From Octopus bimaculoides (lineage: Eukaryota): a stretch of DNA of 62,805 bases. Below the pieces are notes generated by a model, which made no database searches, was not told the origin of the DNA, and saw only the letters and a program-made list of their open reading frames with translations. Below, piece after piece: positions 52,811 through 62,805 of the stretch. Each line of letters starts with the position of its first letter. Position 1 is the first letter of the stretch. A program made the position numbers and the translations under genes. The stretch is from NCBI RefSeq assembly GCF_001194135.2, contig NC_068990.1, forward strand, positions 12,836,850-12,899,654, written 5' to 3'.

Positions 52811-53014
52811 TTACTCTTTTAATTGTCTCAGTCATTTGACTGTGGCCATGCTGGAGCACTGCCTTTAGTCGAGAAAATCGACCCAGGACTTATTCTTTGT
52901 AAGCCTAGTATTTATTCTATCGGTCTCTTTTTGGCGAACTGCTAAATTATGGGGACGTAAACACACCAGCATCAGTTGTCATGCGATGGTCGGGGGACAA
53001 ACACAAACACACAA

Positions 53015-53077
<63 letters not shown>

Positions 53078-53242
53078 TAAGACGGGTTTCTTTCAGTTTC
53101 CGTCTACCAAATCCACTCACAAGGCTTTGGTCAGCCCGAGGCTATAGTAGAAAACACTTGCCCAAGGTGCCACGCAGTGGGACTGAACCCAGAACCATGT
53201 GGTTGGTAAGCAAGCTACTTACCACACAGCCACTCCTGCACC
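52811..53242 (-). mobile_element. SINE family A, full length
   Basis: Reverse complement of the family A pattern, with a central (TA)/(CA) tract. Confidence 0.9.
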
Positions 53243-55769
53243 TACTCAGGATTAATGAACAACATATACACTATACACCTTAATATGTATAAACCGAATT
53301 TAGGCAGCAAGCTGGTAGAATTGTTAGCCTGCAAGGGAAAATGTGTAGTGGTATATCATCCATTTTTATGATCTGAGTTCAAATTCTGCTCAGGTCAACT
53401 TTGCCTGTCTTTCTTTCAGAGTCAATAAAATAAGTAGCAGTGGAGCACTGGGGTTGATGTATTCAACTTATCCACCTCCTCCAAAATTGCAGGCCTTGTG
53501 CCATAATTTGAAACCAGTCATAGCCAAGATGGGAGTTAATAATTGATTCAGCAGGATTTTGAATTCAAATGTAAAAGGCAAACAAAAACTGAAACTAAAT
53601 GCCACAATTCTGCTGACCTGTTACTTTCCAAACTAATGCTAGTTTCAAATTTTGGCACAAGGCCAGCAAGTTCGGTGGGGAATGGGGTCAATCAATCACC
53701 ATTACTCAACTGGTATTTTATCGACTCTGAGAGGATGAAAGGAAAATCAACCCCAGCAGAATTTGAAATTACAATATAAAGATGGGAAAAATCCTGTTCA
53801 GCATTTTGCCTGGTGTAGAAAAAAATTCTGTCAGTTTTCTGCCTTGCCTTCCGAACTAATATTGATTTTAAATTTTGATAGAAGGTCATCAAATTTGGAG
53901 CAGAGGGTTAGTAGATTACTATGCCCTCAGTGTTCAAGTGGTACTTATTTTATCAACCCCAAAAGGATGAAAGGCAAAGCCAACTTCAGTGGAATTTGAA
54001 CTCAGTAAATGAAGATAGATGAAATACCACGAAGCATTTTACTCATCATGCCGACGATTCTGTCAGCTCACCATCTTCCAAACTAAAGTAAACAAAGTCC
54101 GTTTTTGTGCTTTTTGTTCCCGTTTATTTTTCTGATGTCCTGTACCCGGATATGCTTCTATATATACATGTAGATGTAGGTATGTACATATATGTATGTA
54201 TACATGCATATTCTCATATATAATTTGTATTATAATATTATAACTCAGTTTGGGAAAAGGTACAATTGATGACATTCTTTCTTTAGGCCTTAGAAATTTT
54301 GTTTGAAGATATGATGGGTTCCAAACAAATTTAGTAATACATATATATATATATGGCTGTATGATCAACTTTCTGGATTGCTGACTGCATAGTTCTGTAG
54401 AAAAATTACTGGATGCTAAATTGGAAATAATTATCATAGATATTTTTTAAAAAATAATTAGAAATTCACAACATATGAAGGCTCTTCTAACACTAATGGC
54501 AACCTAGTTATTTAAAGCAATTCCTCTTGACTAATAAAATTTGCACTGTTTCGTTCATAATTAGATCCTGATGAAGTATTGGAGATAATTTCTTTTTAAC
54601 TCCTTCAATCCTATAATTGCATTACCTTGTGGACAATCATTGCATTTAATTTACTTTCTATATCTGTAAATTGCAATGGTACTCTATAATAGCCACAGAT
54701 AATAGCATCATTTAAATAAAATATTTTTTTATTTTTTGTTTTGTATTATGTTTTATTTTTTTGTTCAGAATTAATAGAAATCATGCTATGTTAGGTGCTT
54801 ATGTTTTGACAGCTTTCAAATGAAATGAGAAAATAACAATAATTTTGCATAACTAGAATTATTGAACTGCAAGGAAAATTAAGCAGAAACAGTGATAGTT
54901 TTAGTTGTTCTATTTGATGTTATTTTCATTAATTCACTTAAATGTAGAGCAGGGTTTTTTTCTTTTTTTGCTTTTTTTTTTTTTTGCATTTTTACAAAGT
55001 AGATAAAATCCACTTGTTTTAGGCATGGACACAATTAGAAATACTAAGCTGCTAGTGTAACAATGATAAAGCAAGCTTCTCTGATCATAATAGATAAGAC
55101 AGAAGATGTAACAGCCAAAGGTAAACAGCAAGTAATCAACCAATCTTGAAAATATTCAATGCCATGTTTTACATCTTCTCTCTCTATATGTGTGTCTCAG
55201 TAAATATAAGAATACATCAGAAATATTGTTTTATTAGATCTGTGTGCTATTTTCAACATTTATCCTAGTATGTGATACATGTAGCTAATGGCTTCACTAA
55301 TTAGACATTCAGTTTCATATTTCTGTTTCATGTGACCTTTCAGATATTTTGGGATGCTATAAAGTTATAAAGTTGCTATATTTTAAACAATAAATAGTTA
55401 GATATCTTTCAAAAACTGGATAGTTAACCTGTCTCACAAAAATCTAATCAGCCATTCAGTGATACTATAATAGAGATAATGAATTTATTACTTAAACTTA
55501 TTCTTTTAAATTTTGGTTTATTTCTATGTATGTTACTTGTGTGGTTGAAATAAATAGTTCATCGATTGTTTCATGGCAGACAATAGAGAACTGTGAAAAT
55601 ATTTCTTAATGATTCTAATAGAATAACAACACATGCATGTGCAAACATGCATGCACACATGCACACACACACACATACACACACACACACACCAGAACAG
55701 AAACAAAACCAAATTTTGATATTTTGAATGCATTTCAGAGATGTGCTTCAAGTAGATATGTAAAATATT

Positions 55770-57495
55770 CCTTATGTAATACTTCTCTAATGAGACAATG
55801 CACTAACCATCGAAGTGGGCCAAACCATCTAAGTGGGCCACAAGAGGATAACAAAGAATCCTTTCTTAAATAAACATTGCTTGAAATTGAAAGCGAACTC
55901 AACACTTCCATGAGAAAGAGGAGACGGTGACAGAAGCCTGGGCTATAAAAAAATATAGACAAACCCTTAAGCCTTCTATAGATTTGGAAAAGAATCTGCT
56001 TTAGTACAGTACAAGATAGGGCCACTGTTTGAAGAAAATGGCTCACAGACTGCAGACCCCAGAGGATAAGTGAAGTACTGAATGTGCAATACAAAAGCAT
56101 TTTCACAACTCCAATGGGACACTTGCAAAAAACTACGCCTGATGAGTTCTTCAGTACCAAAGTTCTGCACAAAGAGTTGGCAACTATTGATTGCATTGAA
56201 GTAGAGAAAACTGATGTTGTACGAGCAATTGATGAGATGAGCTTAAATTCAGCCACGAGTCCTGATGGATCCACAGCAATCCCCTTAAAGATATGCAAAA
56301 GGGCTCTTGCAAAGCCAATACAGATCCTCTTTCAAAGCTTTCTTCGAAAGGGAGACTTTTCAAGACAGAAGGCAGACAATGGTAGCCAATGGAGATCTCT
56401 TCAAGAGGATTGTAATAGAGAGTGGAATGCTTCAGAGAACTGTTTTGAGGCCATGGTTGATTATGGTGGCTTTTTCAGACATGCTGTCTGTTATACAGCC
56501 TCACTGTTAGCCAGTGACACAAAAGTAATGCATGCAATCAAGGAACCTTCTGATGCTAAGATTCTACAGAAAGACCAGGATGCCACATATAAATGGGCTA
56601 AAGAAAGCAACATGCAATTTTATGGAAGTAAATTCAAGCCCTTTGCTACCAGCTAATTGCTACTCACAAGCCACAACAAGAATACTTTGGACCAAAAGGA
56701 GTGGCAATCCCGAAGTCATGTACAGTGAGTGATCTGGGAATTGATATGAGCAACGATGCTTTGTTTCATATGCATATCACCAAAATGGTGATAATGTGCA
56801 GAAAAATGGCTGGATGGATTTTGAGAACTTTCAGAACAAGGGACCAGGAAAGTATATTAGTTCTATGAAGAACTTTTGTCCTCTACCATCTAGATTACTG
56901 TGGTCACCTCACATTGTGGTCACCTCAGCTGTGGTCACCTCACATTGTGAAATTAATAGCAGAACTTGAGGTAGTACTTCATTAGGAAGATCGCATCAAT
57001 GGAACAGCTTAGCTACTGCAAGAGACAGAAAGAGCTACAGCTCTACTCCCAGGAGTGAAATGGGAGAGATATGCAGTGCTATATGAATGAAAGATCCAGG
57101 AGGGGTTGGCACAAAACATTGGCATCAAGAGCTATAACAGCCCCTGAATAGGATGCCACTGCATGGTTCCAAAGGTCGCAGCCATCCCATCTAGTGTGAA
57201 GACCATATACTGCAATAGCTTGGGATTAAGGGGCCTATAGTTATCTAATACCTTGCCAAACATCTGAGAGATCTGCATGCAGTAAGGGCGGATGCTTTCA
57301 AGAAAAAACTTGACTTCCTGCTGTCCAAGGTCCCAGTTGACCCTACACTGTAGAAGGAAGCTCAAAAGGGCAGCAATACCGAAGTCACACTTTCACCAAC
57401 AGTTAGTCACTTAAGAATGGTCATTAAAAAGGTGATAATACTGATGGCACCCCAACATGGCCACAACCTTTGGGTTGAAGTGCATAAAAAGGAAT
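55770..57495 (+). mobile_element. CR1-like LINE ORF2 3' portion with an internal deletion and its 3' end, decayed
   Basis: DVVRAIDEMSLNSATSPDG..AIPLKICKRALAKPIQILFQSFL is joined directly to DRRQTMVANG...SGMLQRTVLRP. Degenerate YADD region (LASDTKV), then WAKESNMQF, DLGIDMS and LKKKLDFLLSKVPVDP. Confidence 0.85.
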
Positions 57496-57503
57496 ATATA
57501 TAC

Positions 57504-57571
<68 letters not shown>

Positions 57572-57833
57572 ATGTATGTATTCATAGATATAGATGTATA
57601 CAAAGTATCAGCATTTAGTTTTATCTTTATTCTGGTATTATGTGACTTTTGTCCATAACAATCCATCCTGTCCTTGCTTTGATAATATGGTTTAAAACAA
57701 CAACATAGGTGTGGAAGGTTTAACTGGACCCTGAGTTGAAAAGTTCTGGCAAACTGTATTGCATCAAAGCATTCTGCTTAATTTGTCACTATAATTATTT
57801 AACATGCATTTTTTGCAAGCTGACTTGTGTGTA

Positions 57834-57925
<92 letters not shown>

Positions 57926-58747
57926 GACACACACACACACATACACACACATGCTTATCTTTATTGTTCAGTTACATACCACTGGTGATTGACTTATTTC
58001 CCTTTGCTCGCATTCATTTCATTTATGCAAAACACATACACACATACATATATGTATGCATGTATATATATATATTTTTACACATGTATGTACACATATA
58101 TATATATCTTTATATTTATACATATATATATCTTTATATATTTATACATATATATATGTAATTATATATCTGTCTATCTATCCATATATATACATACATA
58201 CATAAATATATATATATATATATATATTACTGAATCATAAAGGCCTTGTCAAATTTGAGCTTATTAGGAATTCCCAGAAGGTATTTGAACACCAGTATGC
58301 TACCAGGGATTACATTCCTGCTGGATTGGAAAGGGATAGTTTATTTTGTTTTTCATTTCTGTCTTTTTAAAAAAGGAAGTATTAAAAAGCGAGAGAGAGA
58401 GAAAGAAAGAAAGATAGTGAAATAGAAAGAAAGAGAGATAGAGAAAGAAAGAGAGATAGAGAGACAGAAATGAGTAAAGTGAATTCTTTCTTTTCCAGAA
58501 AACTTCAAATAGCAGGTTTTATTTTCCCACTTCTCCAAATGAATCAGAATTCTATAAATTACCAAATAGAACATAGGGTAGAATTCTTCATGACATATAT
58601 CGATGTATGTCATGGGGAAACTGATTTTTATAACATAAATATATATATATATGTGTGTGTGTGTATGTGTATATATATATATGTATATGTGTATATAGAT
58701 ATGTATGTATATATATGTGCATATATATGTATGTATATGTTATATAA

Positions 58748-58798
<51 letters not shown>

Positions 58799-60149
58799 TA
58801 TGTGTATATATATATTTATGTATGTATATTTGTATATGTATACATATGTATGTATTCATGTATATGTGTATATATATATGTGTGTGTGTATATATATATA
58901 TATGTGTGTATGTATATATATATACACATATATATTTAGATACTGCTATATCATGTAGCTACATTCTCAAATGCATCTGTATAAATTTACATGTAACTAT
59001 TAGAAGCTGTGAGCAGAATATGTGCAATGGCTTGGCTTATATAGCCTTAAAATAAACTACAAGTGTCTTTGTGAAGAGGGATATTTATAACAGTGAATAC
59101 ATGTGTTTTTTCCTCTGTCAAGGTGAATACGTGCGTGTTTGTGCGTGTTTGTGTATTGGTGTCTCTTCATATGCGCATGAATGCTTGGGTTAATGCTTGT
59201 ATATTTGGTTTTTTGGTTTTCACAAGGAAAGGGTTTGCTTTACCTTTTTTTGATATATATGTTTTGAGTAAATATGATGCAATGAAATACAGGGTATGAT
59301 TAAAGAAGCTATAATACAGGGTTATAAATATGGCACACTACATGTCAAACCATACGTATACCATTTAGTAATGAATCATAACATAAAGTATGGTTTTCTC
59401 TCACGTCACACTATTCTGATATATTTACTATGCAAACGTATATCTGTGTAGTCATTAATCTATCAGCTATATGTATCACAGAATAACTTGTGACATTTAT
59501 TCTGGCTTTCTGTATTGTGAGATCAAATCCTGCAGTAGGTTGAATTTGTTTTTTTATCTTTTCAGGGTCAATAAGATTATTATTATTCCAGAATAGTAGT
59601 TTGGGGAATGTTAGAGGATTGGAAAAAGATGCTTTTTAATATTTGTTTTGACTATTTGTTTTTTTTTTGTTTAGATCCATCCCATCTTGTCACTAGCAAA
59701 AATGGCGATGGACTTGGAAAGCTTGTAAGCAAGTGTCCGAGTATTTTGAATAGTCACTCCCAATGCTACAATACCAGCTGGCAGGAGAGAATGCAAGGGA
59801 ACATTCAAGTCATCTCTATTCAATGATTAAAGGATTGTGAACGAGCGCGCGCGCGTGTGTGTGTGTGTGTACATGAAAATTTGGAGCTGGCATTCTATGT
59901 GATATCTGAAGATTGGCCAGTGCCTTTTAAGAGAAATTGGTTGACAGAAACTGAAGAAGCTTGCTATATATATGTGTGTATATGTAGTGAGTGTATATGA
60001 TCAATGAATTCGATAAATTTTACTGTAACATCAGGACTTTAGTTGCTATGTTGGACAGATGAGTACAAAACTTTCTTATAGGTTCACCAAGCATTTACAA
60101 TAAGAAGCTATTGCAAAACATTATATCCCACAACATTTTTTTTTATTGT

Positions 60150-60710
60150 AAAGGGAATGTGTGAAAGAGGTAGATCCAAGAAGATATGGGATGAAGTGGT
60201 GAGAAAGGATCAAGAAACGTTGAGGTACAATGAGAGGATGACAGGGGACCAAGACTCCTGGTGATTTGCTGTGCTGGAAATGGCACGTTAGACTATATAA
60301 AAGCATGGTGGCCCGTGCATACAAGCTCATCCCTTGCAAACAAACCCCTTTGCTGTACTCAAGTACACTCGGCCACCACAACAGAATTGATATCTTAGAA
60401 CCAAGGGCCCATATAAAAAGTATTGGTGCTGGTGACACCTAAATAGCACTGGTGCTAGTGCCAGGTAAAAAGCACTGGTGTTGATACAGTGTGAAAAGCA
60501 CCAAGCACACTCTATAAAATGGTTGGCATTAGGAAGGGCACCCAGCCATAGAAACCAAACTGAAATAGACTGTGGAACCTAAAATAGCTTCTGTCCTAGC
60601 CAGATCTTCTTGAACCAGAAAACAGACATTAAATGTTGTTGCTGTTGTTGTTCTTGGTGGTGGTGGTGGTGATGATGATGATGACGATGATGATGATGAT
60701 GATGATGTTT
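60150..60710 (+). mobile_element. RTE LINE 3' end: ORF2 C-terminus, 3' UTR and (GAT)n-type tail
   Basis: GMCERGRSKKIWDEVVRKDQETL...MTGDQDSW*FAVLE runs into a UTR containing ggttggcattaggaagggcacccagc and ends in GTT/GAT repeats. Confidence 0.75.
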
Positions 60711-62421
60711 CTGAAACAGGCTGGACAGTTCTCACAACATTTTGCTGCATGTTGTCTTTCATCATGCAGCTCACATGCGCACATATACAGCAACTCAAAA
60801 AAACTCTACCATCCATCTTCTTGTCATTATGTTGTTGTTGTTTTTTTCACCTTAGTTTTCTTTGAGGAAATAATTTTCTTTATCCACTTCTTTACAAGGT
60901 TGACTAGGTGCGTTTTGATAATACGCCTCTGGTTGCAGAGTCGTTGTCACCATCATGACTAACAAACCTCTGCTACACTACATTGTTCTCTCACCATTCC
61001 TACCTTTTTGGTATCATTTTCAGTTTTTATACCCCTACAGAAGAGGGAGGGGAGACAAAAAAGAGAAAGAAAATACCTGTACACTCATCAAAAATTATAG
61101 CTGACTTTTTTTACATTTATTCAAAAAAGAAAATGCTTTTTTCCTCTCTTGTTTTTATATGTATGCTTTTACAGATATTTTTCTATTAAAAAGTTGTTGA
61201 TTCATACACACTCACGCACACACACTCACGCACACACACTCACATGCTCATACGCTCATACGCTCATACACACACGTGCAGCATTACACAGGCACACAGC
61301 ATACCTTAATTGCATGTGCAAAGTCATCGAATTGTATGGTGTAACATTCCAATTAATGTGTTTTATCACTGCAAACATTGACACAGTATACCTAACAGTA
61401 GTTTGTAATGCAACAAACAGATCAATAGAAAATACAACAAACTTTTATTGGAACTCACACATAAACACAAACCCACATACATACATACATACATACATAC
61501 GTACGTACATACATACACACATATATTTGTCTGCCTGTTTGTCTATTGCTTTATATATATATGTATGTATGTGTATATATGTACTTATGTATGCATGTAT
61601 GTATACAAGTGTATTGTGTGTGTGTGTGTGTGTGTATGTGTGTGTTTGAGTGTTGATCAGTCTATATTATTTATCATGGTGCTATAGTGATTGTTGTTTT
61701 ATTCAGAGAGACAGACAGACAGACAGAGAGTTTTTTTTATTTAGTACTGTTTTATTGTAAACAATATGCTTATACTCATGGCAATTTAAAACTCTTTAGA
61801 AACACTTGCAATTAATTGCTGTATATATAATCGACAATGAGCCCTAGATCAGAGCTGATTCTTTGGACCTTTGATCCAAAAATGTATCATTTGATTCTCA
61901 GATGCAATGTATTTAGGGTCAACCATCCCCAGTACATCCTTTCTGTTGTTAGACAATATGATGGACTTTGATGGAGATGCAGTTGCTATTTTTCGCTCAT
62001 TGATTTATTCACATTGTCATTAGAGAGAGTAACTGTGTAGAAGTACATTTTTCTTTTGAATTGTGTACTCATTTCAGCAAATTATTTGATGTTTACATGG
62101 AAATATACACACAATCTGGGTATGAAATAATATTCTAATTATCATGCACTCAAGTCCATAGCATAATGTTGATATTGATAACAGAGTTAAAATGATTATC
62201 AGAGGAATTATTTGTTTTGACTGCCTATCTCAAACAATATTTTTGTGTACAATAGTGCTGGTGTTAAAATCCAAGGAAACTGCTCAGAAAAACCTTTATG
62301 GACACATTTTATTTGTGTTTTCCTCTAGAGAAGAAAGTTATTATTTCAAGAAAATAGCATAGGAAAAAGGGTTTAGTTTTTTCCATTAGATATGTTTTCT
62401 CCTCTCATTGAACCTGATTAC

Positions 62422-62461
<40 letters not shown>

Positions 62462-62639
62462 CATTATTATCATTGTTGTTATTGTTGTCATTTGAGCTGG
62501 CAAGATTGTTAGCATACCAAGCAGAATACATAGCAGAATACTATTTCATTGCGTCTTACAACCTTTTCAATAGTCGTTTTATTGGTGAGTGTGTTAAATT
62601 ATAAGACACCAAAAGAGAATGACTTTCCCTAGACACAAC

Positions 62640-62685
62640 AGAATTATTATTATTATTATTATTCTTATTATTATTATTATTATTC

Positions 62686-62721
<36 letters not shown>

Positions 62722-62742
62722 TTATTATTCTTCTTCTTCTTC

Positions 62743-62805
<63 letters not shown>
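62640..62805. repeat. (ATT)n/(CTT)n microsatellite, representative of many (TA)n, (TG)n, (AAT)n, (TATC)n and (AG)n tracts such as 2330-2403, 7555-7600, 7700-7775, 13031-13170, 35295-35400, 37915-38000 and 43460-43680
   Basis: Directly visible tandem repeats. Confidence 0.98.

Noticed and set aside
55735-56732. 187-aa and 190-aa ORFs as genes
   Set aside because: They are the antisense and sense frames of a decayed CR1-like LINE.
61902-61971. Acceptor ttctcAG giving Thr-Cys in the frame expected for the next exon
   Set aside because: In-frame TGA after 22 codons, no CUB motifs and no good donor.

Overview
AT-rich, microsatellite-dense eukaryotic DNA with ten N-gaps. The SINE/LINE repertoire looks like an Octopus (coleoid cephalopod) genome; this is my inference, not a database result. 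Almost the whole window is intron of one + strand gene. Three phase-compatible coding exons (10099-10282, 17786-17973, 29676-29886) splice into one open frame encoding one complete CUB domain and the start of the next. The peptide resembles the SOL-1 (suppressor of lurcher-1) glutamate-receptor auxiliary subunit family. The third exon is absent from the ORF track, and I found no further exon in the last 33 kb. The introns hold decayed LINEs (Tx1/L1-like, R4/Dong-like, RTE, CR1-like), a Penelope-like element fragment, a Gypsy gag fragment, piggyBac-type MITEs and several tRNA-derived SINE families with swapped modules. The most interesting signal is a type I hammerhead-ribozyme-like motif at 21581-21632, in sense orientation to the pre-mRNA. 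A second half-hammerhead on the opposite strand runs into the adjacent gap, and a tRNA-headed element carries a Penelope-like tail. Several strong fold-back structures could be ADAR substrates. There is no CRISPR array, rRNA or intact tRNA, and nearly all ORF-track entries are microsatellite or gap artefacts. All family assignments come from remembered motifs and need HMM or Dfam/Repbase confirmation.
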